Source: Coleofasciculus chthonoplastes F2-STO-03 (GTDB lineage: Bacteria > Cyanobacteriota > Cyanobacteriia > Cyanobacteriales > Coleofasciculaceae). From it: DNA of 64,000 nucleotides. Location: contig JAVJWO010000130.1 of the NCBI GenBank assembly GCA_040222015.1, positions 32,001 through 96,000 on the forward strand. Direction: 5' to 3'. The translations under genes were made by a program, and so were the position numbers. Below the pieces are notes generated by a model. That model had not been told where the DNA came from. It saw nothing but the letters and a program-made list of their open reading frames with translations, and ran no database searches. Positions within the stretch are counted from its first letter, which is position 1; each line of letters opens with the position of its first letter. This document shows positions 9,323-19,653 of the stretch, piece after piece.

Positions 9323-9759
9323 TGGGTAAAGGTAAGAAAAATAGAATCAAACCCCCTTTGCTAAATCAGTCTAAATTAAAAGGCAGGATTGCAGAACCTT
9401 CATCGGACAAAATTTTAAATTACGATGACTGTCATCCTGTTTTTTGTCTTCGGTATTTAGAGGATGACTATGGTTTGGATAAATGTACTAGGGATGAGCA
9501 GGCTGATCTGGCTAAGGCTCTGAGAAAACGAAGTCAAATGACTTGGCGACAAATTTGGGCAGCAGATCGGCATGGATTAGGTGCAGAAAAGATTGCGAGA
9601 ACTAGCATAAAAGCTCCAATTCCTAAGCATATTACGGAAGATATCGACTTCTTTATTGCCCTACGATTTTCGGGAAATGCTCCAATGGTAGGTTATCGCA
9701 TTAAGGATATTTTTCGGATTATTTGGTTAGATCCTAAATTCACCTTGTATAAGCATTAA
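9322..9759 (+). CDS. Putative toxin partner of the Panacea antitoxin (possibly RelE-like)
   Basis: TGATG stop/start overlap with the antitoxin. Basic 145-aa protein ending LRFSGNAPMVGYRIKDIFRIIWLDPKFTLYKH. Confidence 0.65.
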   Translation: MGKGKKNRIKPPLLNQSKLKGRIAEPSSDKILNYDDCHPVFCLRYLEDDYGLDKCTRDEQADLAKALRKRSQMTWRQIWAADRHGLGAEKIARTSIKAPIPKHITEDIDFFIALRFSGNAPMVGYRIKDIFRIIWLDPKFTLYKH

Positions 9760-9932
9760 AGCTGAACGGGTGACAAGCCGAGCAAAAGCTTGACCGATCA
9801 GGCTGAAGCGAAGACAGCGCTCACTACGAACGGCGCGATCGCGATGATGGCTATCCCTAGGGGACGGCTCGTCCTACAATAGTTTTCTAGTCTAAAAACC
9901 TTCAGTTAATCCATCTTTTCAAATCTTAACCT

Positions 9933-10916
9933 ATGTTTCCCATTCATCGTCCTCGTCGTCTTCGCCAAAGCACCCAGTTGCGTCGTATGGTGCGTGAAAC
10001 TGTTGTCACAACTAGCGATCTCATCTACCCCCTGTTTGCTGTACCCGGTGAGGGAATCGCCCAAGAGGTCAAATCTATGCCCGGAGTCTACCAGTTATCG
10101 GTGGACAAAATTGTGGCAGAGGCGAAGGAAGTTTACGATCTGGGGATTCCGTCGATTATTTTATTCGGCATCCCAGATAACAAAGATGTGGAAGCCACGG
10201 GCGCATGGCATGATTGTGGAATTGTCCAGAAAGCTGCCACAGCGGTTAAAGAAGCAGTACCAGAATTAGTGATTATTGCCGATACCTGTTTGTGTGAATA
10301 TACCAGTCATGGACACTGTGGGTATCTGGAAGTGGGTGATTTAAGTGGGCGAGTTCTCAATGATCCCACCTTAGAATTGCTGAAGAAAACTGCTGTCTCT
10401 CAAGCCAAAGCTGGGGCGGATATTATTGCCCCATCGGGGATGATGGATGGTTTTGTTCAGGCAATTCGCACCGGATTAGATGAAGCTGGATTCGAGGATA
10501 CGCCGATTCTATCTTATGCGGCGAAGTATGCCTCTGCCTATTATGGACCATTTCGGGATGCAGCCGAATCACCACCGCAATTTGGCGATCGCAGCACCTA
10601 TCAAATGGACCCCGCTAATAGCCAGGAAGCCCTCAAGGAAGTAGAACTAGATATTGCTGAGGGGGCAGATATGTTGATGATTAAGCCCGCGCTGGCGTAT
10701 ATGGATATTATCTGGCGGGTGAAGGAAGCTACAAATTTACCGGTTGCTGCGTACAATGTATCGGGTGAATATTCGATGGTGAAAGCGGCTGCCCTGAATG
10801 GCTGGATTGACGAACAAAAGGTAGTAATGGAAACCTTGACCGGATTCAAGCGATCGGGCGCTGACTTGATTCTGACGTACCATGCCAAAGATGCTGCCCG
10901 TTGGCTACAGGAGTGA
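9933..10916 (+). CDS. hemB: Porphobilinogen synthase
   Basis: [49 protein letters not shown]. Confidence 0.98.
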   Translation: MFPIHRPRRLRQSTQLRRMVRETVVTTSDLIYPLFAVPGEGIAQEVKSMPGVYQLSVDKIVAEAKEVYDLGIPSIILFGIPDNKDVEATGAWHDCGIVQKAATAVKEAVPELVIIADTCLCEYTSHGHCGYLEVGDLSGRVLNDPTLELLKKTAVSQAKAGADIIAPSGMMDGFVQAIRTGLDEAGFEDTPILSYAAKYASAYYGPFRDAAESPPQFGDRSTYQMDPANSQEALKEVELDIAEGADMLMIKPALAYMDIIWRVKEATNLPVAAYNVSGEYSMVKAAALNGWIDEQKVVMETLTGFKRSGADLILTYHAKDAARWLQE

Positions 10917-11020
10917 TTGGGGAATACCGAGTTGCGCTCAAACGTATACTTCGCACGGGAGTGAGTTTGTCATTGGAGAAAGGAGCGATAGCGGAGTGTT
11001 AGCGAAGCTTGGCGTTAGCC

Positions 11021-11113
11021 TATAGTGTTTTCAGATGATTCGTGTACAGCCAAAGCACTGAAAGCTTTACAGGGCAAGGGTTGCTTGTTTAGATCTCAAA
11101 TAAAAACACTATA
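11021..11113. mobile_element. 93-bp MITE-like repeat, copy 1
   Basis: TATAGTGTTTT...AAAACACTATA inverted ends; highly similar copy at 43835-43927. Confidence 0.75.
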
Positions 11114-11214
11114 TAATCTCACCAGATGCTTCGCTGGACTCCGTTACGCTCTGCATTATAAAAGCTCAGTTTGTGACCGCGAACATTAGCTAAACTTGAT
11201 GAAAGCGAGGAACA

Positions 11215-11862
11215 TTGATGACTGCCACCCTGATTCAAAGTCCAGATCGCGTTGTTTTACCTAATATTAGCTGGCAAACGTATCAGTCGTTAATTACGGA
11301 TTTTGAACAAGAACCAGCTATCCGTCTGACCTATGATCGCGGGATGTTAGAAATCAGAATGCCCTTAGATCCTCATGAAACTTACAAAAAACTTCTGGGA
11401 AGGTTGGTTGAAGCAGCGACTGAAGAACTGGATATTGAAATTCGCAGCCTGGGTTCACGTACTTGCGATCGCGCCGATTTAGCTAGAGGATTAGAACCCG
11501 ATCAGTGCTACTATATCCAGAATGAAGCGCTGGTTCGAGGAGTCGCTCAAATTGACTTAAATCAATTTCCACCTCCTGATTTAGCCCTAGAAATTGATAT
11601 TACCAGTAGCTCAATCAATCGCCTGTCGATTTATGCAGCCTTGGGAGTACCAGAAGTCTGGCGTTATGACGGACAAACACTAACCATTCTGAGTTGGCAA
11701 AACGGCGAATACCTATCTCAAGACAGAAGTATCGCCGTACCTTTACTCAATGCTGAGAATCTGGTTAGATTTTTAGCCTTAAGAAACACGATTGGAGAAA
11801 CCAAATTAGTCAAGCAATTTCGTCGATGGGTGAAAGACAGCATGGCTGAGGCTGAAAGCTAG
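11215..11862 (+). CDS. Uma2/DUF820 family endonuclease-fold protein
   Basis: ISWQTY, RLTYDRGMLEI, GLEPDQCYYI, PPDLALEIDITSSS, LGVPEVWRYDG. Confidence 0.92.
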   Translation: MMTATLIQSPDRVVLPNISWQTYQSLITDFEQEPAIRLTYDRGMLEIRMPLDPHETYKKLLGRLVEAATEELDIEIRSLGSRTCDRADLARGLEPDQCYYIQNEALVRGVAQIDLNQFPPPDLALEIDITSSSINRLSIYAALGVPEVWRYDGQTLTILSWQNGEYLSQDRSIAVPLLNAENLVRFLALRNTIGETKLVKQFRRWVKDSMAEAES

Positions 11863-11872
11863 CTTGTACTTT

Positions 11873-13681
11873 TCACCGCCACCCCAACCAGCGCAACACA
11901 GGAACCAACAGATAATAACTAACGCCTAACCAAAAGCCTAGGGTAATACCGAGTAAACTAAAAAAGCTAATGGTATTGATAAAATCTAACCAACCGCCAT
12001 CGGAGAAAGAAAAGATATGAACTAATACCTCCAACGGTAAGATATTTAACCGGACTAAGCCGGAAAATAGCATACCCGTACCCGCTGCGGCTACGGCGGC
12101 ATGAACTAGGTAATGACTGGGTAAACCTAATCCTAACACCAAGGGAATAACCGCCACAGCTGTGACTAAACCCAATAAGCGATCCGCGATCGCATACGAT
12201 AACGATACCTGCCAATGCTCCCACAATCCTGCCAATCGTTCCCTTGGTAAAGACGAGATTGACGCCTGCCAAATAAACCAGCCCACACTATACCCGAAAA
12301 CCCCGGTGATCCCAGCAATGATCCGCCGTTTCTGTTGACCGAATCCCCCCGCCTCCGTTAATCCCCACGCTGTTCCCATACCCGCACAAGCAAACATGAG
12401 AAGTTCCCGCCAGGGGATAATCTGAATTTCGGGAATGATTAAAGTCCATTGTCCAATCATCCAATCTGCAAAGCGATCGCCAACAATCGTCCAGTTAATC
12501 AAAACAAATCCAGCCGTTGCGCCAAAGGCTGCACCAATTCCCGCCATCACCATTTCCCAGGTGGTATCCAAACACGCCAGAACAATGGTAATCAAGACTC
12601 GCCACACCCAGCGCACAAGGGTAAAAATTATTTGAGCGCACGTTATCAGAACCCGACTAGAAATCTCCTGTGCTGTTCCGGCAGCTTTAGCCAGCGTCTG
12701 AGATAATGAGGAAGACGATTTTCCTTTAAAACGGCAACTGACAACCAAACGGCGTTGAATCTCGGCGGCTTTAGCAGGTCGTTTGTGGGGATCAAGGCGG
12801 ATCATGCTGTCGAGTAAGTTCGCTAAACCCCGACGGACTTTAGTGCGATCGCGCCAGTGAAATTCACCCGTAGCCGGATCTTGTAAATCCGCTAAATCTT
12901 GACCTGTGAGTAATTGAATCATGGTACGTCCTAAGGCATAAAAATCAGCCCTTGGTCCCACCACATCCCCCGCAATCTGTTCAGGGGGACTATAACCCGG
13001 AGAAATTAAGCGGGTGGAACGATTCTCTGTCCCCACAGCGATCGCGCCAATTTGTTTCGCGCCGCCAAAATCAATCGCCACCAGTTGACCGGTTCCCTCG
13101 CGCACCATTAAGTTTGAGGGTTTAATATCCCGGTGAATAATTCCCAAATCATGTAACTCCTGTAGAATATCAGCCGCTTGGTAGAGCCAATTAATAATCA
13201 AGGTTTCCGGACACCCCTGAGGATAACGGTTCAAGATAGCCTCCAGCGTCTCACCGTTTATTTTTTCCATCACCAGACAAGGGAGTACGCGCTGTTGGTA
13301 TGTTCCCAGACGTACTGTAAAGTAGGCATCAGACTGCACTTTCGGAACACCCGGATGGTTCAGACGTTGCAATACGGCTGCTTCTTGTTCAAATAACTGC
13401 AACGCCTTGGGTGACGTTTCTACTAAAAGTTTCAATACTTTTTCAGTCTGATCCTGCTGATCCCAAATTGCATAAATTGCTGCAAATCCCCCTAGACCCA
13501 AACGCTGGAGAGGAATGTAGCGATTATTTAGCCGCAGCATCGATCCACAACTGCTACAAAACTTAAAGTCCCCAGATTGAGGATAAGGACGGGGGCAGTC
13601 GGGATTAATACAATAGACCGACTCTATAAATGACTGATGCACGATCACCAGCGATAGACGATGCCTCTTGATTCTACACAA
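11873..13681 (-). CDS. Membrane-anchored Ser/Thr protein kinase with 4-Cys prefix
   Basis: YCINPDC..FCSSCG, LGLGGFA, HRDIKPSN, IDFG, GYSPPEQ; several hydrophobic C-terminal helices. Start uncertain. Confidence 0.92.
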   Translation of the reverse strand: MCRIKRHRLSLVIVHQSFIESVYCINPDCPRPYPQSGDFKFCSSCGSMLRLNNRYIPLQRLGLGGFAAIYAIWDQQDQTEKVLKLLVETSPKALQLFEQEAAVLQRLNHPGVPKVQSDAYFTVRLGTYQQRVLPCLVMEKINGETLEAILNRYPQGCPETLIINWLYQAADILQELHDLGIIHRDIKPSNLMVREGTGQLVAIDFGGAKQIGAIAVGTENRSTRLISPGYSPPEQIAGDVVGPRADFYALGRTMIQLLTGQDLADLQDPATGEFHWRDRTKVRRGLANLLDSMIRLDPHKRPAKAAEIQRRLVVSCRFKGKSSSSLSQTLAKAAGTAQEISSRVLITCAQIIFTLVRWVWRVLITIVLACLDTTWEMVMAGIGAAFGATAGFVLINWTIVGDRFADWMIGQWTLIIPEIQIIPWRELLMFACAGMGTAWGLTEAGGFGQQKRRIIAGITGVFGYSVGWFIWQASISSLPRERLAGLWEHWQVSLSYAIADRLLGLVTAVAVIPLVLGLGLPSHYLVHAAVAAAGTGMLFSGLVRLNILPLEVLVHIFSFSDGGWLDFINTISFFSLLGITLGFWLGVSYYLLVPVLRWLGWR

Positions 13682-14132
13682 TAAAGTCCCCAGTCCTTTC
13701 AGTAATGGGGACTTAACGCTTTAATTAAAACTAATAAATAGATTTATATTGTATCATCTCCTGGCATCTCCTATTTTAGCAGATCAAAGCTTTGTTGTAA
13801 GTAGGTGGACATAATTAAAGTTAAAGGTGGCGATCGTCTCAAGAGCCATGAACTCCATAGGACTGTCTGGAGACAAGTGCCTTTAAAATTGCTGTAATGC
13901 CCAAAAGAACACAAAGATTGCCTCTTGCTGATTATCTTCACATTACTTTCACAATCAAGGTCTAGAATGTGTATTCTTTGCCGTTAAATACAGTAAATAC
14001 TATCAATATAAAATTTATATATATTATCGTCTAGCAATAGTATAAAGATTTCGTGTAGATTATTTTTATTTAAAAAAAACAAGAAGAATTAATGTTATTA
14101 CTTGAAATAAGTGAATCGATCATGAAGTTTAG

Positions 14133-17100
14133 ATGAGTCATAGTCGATTCCAGTGTGTATGCCGCTCCTTGTTGTCAGCGATCGCGAATAGCCATCAAAC
14201 GATGACTGCAAATGGAAACAAACTGACTACAGAGATGAACCCAAACGTTATGCCACTAGACACCAACCTATCTGAGATGAGCCATACATCAATGATGAGC
14301 ATGGAAAATAATCACAATCTCCCTCATCAAGACCATCCAGTCAAGCAAGCCGAACATCTAAAATTCTTGGATTTAGCCCCTCATTCAGCGGCAACTCATG
14401 TCGCTGTAAACGATGGGTCTTGGTTTGATCCAAATACATGGGAGCAAGGTCAAGTTCCTGGAACTGATGCTAGAGTCGTCATTTCTGAAGGTGTTCATGT
14501 CACCTACGATGCCGAGAGTGACACTCGTCTAGAAACCGTGCGTGTGGATGGAACATTGGAATTCGCCCACAACCGCAATACCAAAATCGTCGTAGACACA
14601 TTTATCGCATCACCGACAAGTACATTAACGATTGGTAGTGAAGCTAACCCGATTCAAGCCAACAAAACTGCCCGAATTGTCATTGCCGACAACGGAGAAA
14701 TTGATAAAAATTGGGACTCTACCCTAATTAGTCGTGGCGTTGTCACTCACGGCAAAGTTAGAATTCATGGTGCAGAGAAACTCGATTTTATATCGCTGCA
14801 AACAGACGCCTCCGTCGGTGACAATGAACTGGTGTTAAATCTGCCCGATGGCATGAATACACCGGCTGGCTGGCAAGTTGGTGATCAATTAGTCTTAGGT
14901 GGCACGTCGTACAACCCAGACGGTTCTGACGAGGATAACAGTCGGTTTCAAGATGAGGTGTTAACCATCACCGAAATTAACGGAAACCGGATTCAATTTA
15001 CCAACAACGATATTACTTCTGGCGATAATACCGTACTCCGGTTTGACCACGAGCGCCCCCAGGGATTTGAGAGCGAGAACTTAAAGCTTTACATCGCCAA
15101 CACCAGCCGGAACGTTATCTTCGAGACCGAAAACGCTGAAACCTTACCCACTCAGCAACGGGGTCATGTGATGTTCATGCACAACCCGGATGTCGAGGTA
15201 CAAAACGCTGGATTTTATAATCTGGGACGAACGGATAAAAATAGGTTAATTGATGACCCAATCGAAAATGTCGATGGTTCGCCAGGTTCCGGAGCCAATC
15301 CCCGTGGGCGATATGCGCTGCATCTGCATCGCACTGGGGCTGAGGATATCAACAGTACCCCATCTCTAGTCAAAGGTAACGCCATTGTTGGTAGTCCTGG
15401 GTGGGGAATTGTGCATCATGACAGCCACGCTGTCTTGGAAGACAATGTAGTGTTCGATGTTGTTGGGTCTGGAATTGCCGCAGAAGCCGGGAATGAACTG
15501 GGTGCATGGCGCAATAACATTACCATCAAAACCACAGGCGATGACCGTCCCCAAGCCGACTTTGACGGTTCAGACCGCGTTTCCCTGTTTGATATGGGCT
15601 TTAATGGCGAGGGTTACTGGGTGCAGGGGGCTGCTCAAGTGGAGATGGTTGATAACGTTGCCATTAGTGCTGCTGGCGGTGGGATTAATATCTTCAACGG
15701 CGTGGATGGAATCTCTCGAGTCAGAGAGGCTGACACGGTTGCGGTTGATAACCTGTCACCAGAACTACAACCAGTCCTTTCCCAAGCTTCTCGTGGTAAC
15801 GATGACCCAAACACCATTGATGTAACCAACGTGCCACTGCGTCGTTTGTCCGGTTTCGAGAGTTACAACTCCGATATGGGAATTATCTTCTGGAACCATA
15901 TGCGGAACGATGATGGTCAGTTGGGCTTTATTGGTCCCGGTTTGAGTGAATTTCATGATGCTCGCTCTCTGGTCGATAATTTCAAACTCTGGAATATCTA
16001 TGGCGAGGGAATCTTCACTCAGTACAGTACCCAGATTGATTTCGTCGATGGGTTAATTGTGGGTGACCCAGAGAATCCAGTTCCTGTAAAGTTAGGGATT
16101 AATGGCGCAGGTCGCGGTCATGGGATTGGTAGCAATGGTCCAGCACAAGACCTTCTGTTCAAAGATATCCGGGTTGAGGGTTTTGAGCGGGGAATTCGCT
16201 TACCGCGAGAAGGTGGCGGTGGTGCTGAAGGTTCTGGTACGGGTTCAGTACCATTCTTGGGGTCACGTCTAGAGGATAGCTACTTCGCCAACAACACCCA
16301 CAACTTATCGAAGAAGCAGCGAAACTTTGGTGACCCAGATGTTTTTCCGGATTACTTCGAGATTGTCAACACTCAGTTTGAGAATTCTGCTTCTAACCTG
16401 GCTCCGACTGCTGCCTTCAGTTATGAGTCAGTGGGTGGTCTAGGTGTTGTCACCTTTGATGCTAGCGATTCATTCGATAACGACCCATCAGCCTCATTGG
16501 AACTCGCTGGCAACGCGATCGCAAGTTATGGTTGGGATTTTGATAATGACGGTAGTATCGACGAATTCGGTCGCCAAGTCAATCACCAATTTGACCCAAC
16601 AGATTCTCACAATGTCAGCCTAACGGTTTGGGATAGCCAAGGCGCAACCACCACGGTAACTCAACAGATTGAAGTTAACCCAACCGCCTATACCAACCTA
16701 ATTCTCGATAGCGACTTCAGCGATTCTGGTGAATTTGCCGGACCGGAGTGGAATATTAATAGCACCCGAACCGATGAAGGCTGGCTGGGTACGGGTTGGT
16801 CGCGCAATCCGAATATTGGTGATGGAGGTGCAGCTGTTTTCACAGATAAATCCTCTAAAACAGCATTGGGGCAGATTTTCCAGGATAATCAGGTTCGCCA
16901 GGGTGAGCAAACCTTGAGTTTGGATATCAAGAATACAGAGGGTGATGACCAAACCAACGAGATTACAGTGCGCCTCTGGGGAGTTGATGGAGAATTTCTC
17001 GGTGGGATTGGCTCCAATGGACCGACTCAAGCTGGAGCGATTCCCATGAACCGAACCCTGTTACTCGAAGAAACAGTCGGCGGTTCTACCTTTGACTGGA

Positions 17101-18491
17101 CGAACTTTGAGTGGGATGTAGACTTTGGTGATGGTCATCAATTTGTCGTCTTCAGCGTTAATTCAAGTCGGCATACTTCCGATAGTGATTTCATTGCCGT
17201 TGACAATGTGGTTCTGGATAGTCCGGCGATTAACCCTCCTCCCACTAATGGTAACGGTACAGGGTTAACTGCCGAATACTACAATAACCGCGATTTTACC
17301 GACTTAGCCCTAACTCGCACGGATGAAACCGTGGACTTTAACTGGGGTTCAGGTTCACCTGATGCGGCGATAGATGCCAATACCTACTCGGTACGCTGGA
17401 CAGGTTCAGTCGCCCCCCTCCACTCAGAAACCTACGAATTCTTCACCAATTCTGATGATGGTGTACGTCTGTGGGTGGATGACCAACTACTGATTGACAA
17501 TTGGACAAATCATGGGGCGACAGAAAATAGTGGCACAATTGACCTGCAAGCCGGTCAACAGTATGACATCCGCATGGACTACTACGAAAACTTTGGCAAA
17601 TCGGTGGCACAATTGTTGTGGTCTAGTGAGAGTCAAAGTAAGGAGATTATTCCTGAATCTCAGCTTTATTCCCCTGCTGTTGATACTCCTAGTCCAGAGG
17701 TTAGTGGTAACGGTACAGGTTTAACTGCCGAATATTACAATAACCGCGATTTTACCGACTTAGCCCTAACTCGCACTGATGATACTGTGGACTTTAACTG
17801 GGGTTCAGGTTCACCCGATGCGGCGATAGATCCCAATACCTACTCGGTACGTTGGACAGGGTTTGTGGAACCTCTCCATTCAGAAACCTATCAGTTCAAA
17901 ACCTCTTCTGATGATGGGGTGCGATTGTGGGTGAATGACCAACTCCTGATTGATAATTGGACAGACCATGGGGTTACCGATAATCGTGGCACGATTGATA
18001 TAGAGGCAGGACAACAGTACGAAATTCGCATGGATTACTATGAGAATAGAGGAAAATCGGTAGCACAACTGGCTTGGTCGAGTCCAAGTCAATCGGAGGA
18101 GATTATCCCTAAAAGTCAGCTTTATGCAGCTCATTCCAGTGATTTTTCGGTGAATGAAATGATGCAGAATAGGGCTAGTTCTTTGACAACAGTTGTGTCG
18201 GGAGGTGACGAACTTTTAGGTAATACAGGTGTTAATCATTTCGACAATGGTGGACATTCGCATCTGCTTATAACTGAAGAAAATGGTAGTCAAGAGAGTT
18301 TTGATTTTGCAAGTGGACAAATGACTTTAGCTAATCATCAAGATGTATCAGACTCGGTTACTGCTAGTGAAGTGACGCCGATTAACCTGATGAATAGCAT
18401 CGGTATCGGAGATCCTTTCACCAATGAGACTGTTGAATCTCTGATTGCAATGCCTCAAGCTGAACTGCTGACGGTTCCAACTCTCGTGTAA
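14133..18491 (+). CDS. Large G8 / beta-helix / PKD / 2x PA14 domain protein, probably extracellular and carbohydrate-related
   Basis: GSWFDPNTW G8-like start, GRYALHLH and GWGIVHHDS beta-helix region, FDASDSFD..YGWDFDNDG PKD motif, two GLTAEYYNN...SDDGVRLWV...RMDYYEN PA14 repeats. Confidence 0.85.
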   Translation: MSHSRFQCVCRSLLSAIANSHQTMTANGNKLTTEMNPNVMPLDTNLSEMSHTSMMSMENNHNLPHQDHPVKQAEHLKFLDLAPHSAATHVAVNDGSWFDPNTWEQGQVPGTDARVVISEGVHVTYDAESDTRLETVRVDGTLEFAHNRNTKIVVDTFIASPTSTLTIGSEANPIQANKTARIVIADNGEIDKNWDSTLISRGVVTHGKVRIHGAEKLDFISLQTDASVGDNELVLNLPDGMNTPAGWQVGDQLVLGGTSYNPDGSDEDNSRFQDEVLTITEINGNRIQFTNNDITSGDNTVLRFDHERPQGFESENLKLYIANTSRNVIFETENAETLPTQQRGHVMFMHNPDVEVQNAGFYNLGRTDKNRLIDDPIENVDGSPGSGANPRGRYALHLHRTGAEDINSTPSLVKGNAIVGSPGWGIVHHDSHAVLEDNVVFDVVGSGIAAEAGNELGAWRNNITIKTTGDDRPQADFDGSDRVSLFDMGFNGEGYWVQGAAQVEMVDNVAISAAGGGINIFNGVDGISRVREADTVAVDNLSPELQPVLSQASRGNDDPNTIDVTNVPLRRLSGFESYNSDMGIIFWNHMRNDDGQLGFIGPGLSEFHDARSLVDNFKLWNIYGEGIFTQYSTQIDFVDGLIVGDPENPVPVKLGINGAGRGHGIGSNGPAQDLLFKDIRVEGFERGIRLPREGGGGAEGSGTGSVPFLGSRLEDSYFANNTHNLSKKQRNFGDPDVFPDYFEIVNTQFENSASNLAPTAAFSYESVGGLGVVTFDASDSFDNDPSASLELAGNAIASYGWDFDNDGSIDEFGRQVNHQFDPTDSHNVSLTVWDSQGATTTVTQQIEVNPTAYTNLILDSDFSDSGEFAGPEWNINSTRTDEGWLGTGWSRNPNIGDGGAAVFTDKSSKTALGQIFQDNQVRQGEQTLSLDIKNTEGDDQTNEITVRLWGVDGEFLGGIGSNGPTQAGAIPMNRTLLLEETVGGSTFDWTNFEWDVDFGDGHQFVVFSVNSSRHTSDSDFIAVDNVVLDSPAINPPPTNGNGTGLTAEYYNNRDFTDLALTRTDETVDFNWGSGSPDAAIDANTYSVRWTGSVAPLHSETYEFFTNSDDGVRLWVDDQLLIDNWTNHGATENSGTIDLQAGQQYDIRMDYYENFGKSVAQLLWSSESQSKEIIPESQLYSPAVDTPSPEVSGNGTGLTAEYYNNRDFTDLALTRTDDTVDFNWGSGSPDAAIDPNTYSVRWTGFVEPLHSETYQFKTSSDDGVRLWVNDQLLIDNWTDHGVTDNRGTIDIEAGQQYEIRMDYYENRGKSVAQLAWSSPSQSEEIIPKSQLYAAHSSDFSVNEMMQNRASSLTTVVSGGDELLGNTGVNHFDNGGHSHLLITEENGSQESFDFASGQMTLANHQDVSDSVTASEVTPINLMNSIGIGDPFTNETVESLIAMPQAELLTVPTLV
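17249..18126 (+). repeat. Intragenic duplication of the PA14 domain (units start 17249 and 17705, period 456 bp)
   Basis: Near-identical DNA at unit starts (GGTAACGGTACAGG.TTAACTGCCGAATA.TACAATAACCGCGATTTTACCGACTTAGCCCTAACTCGCAC), diverging 3'. Confidence 0.9.
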
Positions 18492-18599
18492 TAGCGAATT
18501 CGGTTAAGCACCATTGTAGAGACGTTGCATGCAACGTCTCTACATAACTAGTTATACAAAGTCTTAAGTTGACACGGATGGGCAATGCCGTGCCCCTAC

Positions 18600-19436
18600 C
18601 TAAATATGGGGATCTAAAGCGTCTCTTAAACCATCTCCGAGTAAATTAAAGGCTAAAACGGTTAGGGTAATAAATAAACCAGGAAATAATATAGTCCAGG
18701 GAGATGATAGGGAATAGCCGCCCTTAAATGCATCGGATAGCATTGTTCCTAATTCAGGTGTGGGAGGTTGTGCGCCTAACCCTAAAAAACCTAAACCTGC
18801 TGCTTCCAAGGTAGCTGTACCAATAGAAAGAGTGGCTTGGACGACTAAAGGACTCAAGCTAGCGGGTAAGATATGATAAACAATAATTCGTCCCGGCGTA
18901 GCACCAAACGATCGCACGGTTTGCACAAAGTCCTGTTCCCGTAAGGATAGCACCATAGAGCGAGTCAAGCGGATGAAAATGGGGACTTGCACCACACCCA
19001 CAGCAATCATCACACTGGCGATACTTGGACCAGTTACCGTAACGATCGCGATCGCGAGTAGAATTGAGGGAAAGGCTAACAGGATATCGGTGAACCAGCC
19101 AATCACGGTTTCTAATCCGCCCCGAAAATAACCCGCAATTAACCCTAACACGACTCCCAGGATTAACCCTAATCCCACGGAAACTAAACCGATAAATAAA
19201 GAGGTGCGTAACCCATACCATACCAGGTCAAGAATATCTCGTCCTAAACCATCGGTGCCAAACCAATAATCCAAGCTGGGGGGTTGTAACCGGGCGGTAT
19301 AATTGCGATCGGTTGCCGGGTTATAAGGATTGAGAATCGGTGCCAACAGCGCCAATATAATGATGGTGAAGGTGATTCCCAGACCAATTTTGCCGGATGT
19401 TGATTGCCCAAATCGTTTAACGGCGTTGTTTTCCAT
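18600..19436 (-). CDS. Peptide/nickel ABC transporter permease (DppC/OppC family)
   Basis: WFGTDGLGRDI, LLAFPSILLAI, EAA-like loop, GLGFLGLGAQPPTPELG. True start probably MENNAVKRF; the longer ORF runs through repeats. Confidence 0.9.
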   Translation of the reverse strand: MENNAVKRFGQSTSGKIGLGITFTIIILALLAPILNPYNPATDRNYTARLQPPSLDYWFGTDGLGRDILDLVWYGLRTSLFIGLVSVGLGLILGVVLGLIAGYFRGGLETVIGWFTDILLAFPSILLAIAIVTVTGPSIASVMIAVGVVQVPIFIRLTRSMVLSLREQDFVQTVRSFGATPGRIIVYHILPASLSPLVVQATLSIGTATLEAAGLGFLGLGAQPPTPELGTMLSDAFKGGYSLSSPWTILFPGLFITLTVLAFNLLGDGLRDALDPHI

Positions 19437-19509
19437 GGAAACAGGGAACAGGGAGATAGGGAAGATGGGGAACACCTCGACTTCGCTCGGTGTGTCAGAT
19501 GGGGGAGTT

Positions 19510-19652
19510 GTAGGGGCGGGTTTGACAGCTAACGGGAAGGTTTTAACCCAGATATCCCTAAACCCGCCCCGACTAAATGACGAATGACGAATGACGAATG
19601 ACAAATGACGAATGACGAATGACAAATGACAAATGACGAATGACAAATGACA
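19510..19652. repeat. GTAG-REP doublet followed by 7-bp STRR tract
   Basis: GTAGGGGCGGGTTT...AAACCCGCCCC, then tandem AAATGAC/GAATGAC from 19575. Confidence 0.85.
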
Positions 19653-19653
19653 A

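Noticed and set aside
19437..19646. N-terminal extension of the ABC permease
   Set aside because: It translates STRR and REP repeats (SFVIRHL...), not a real leader.
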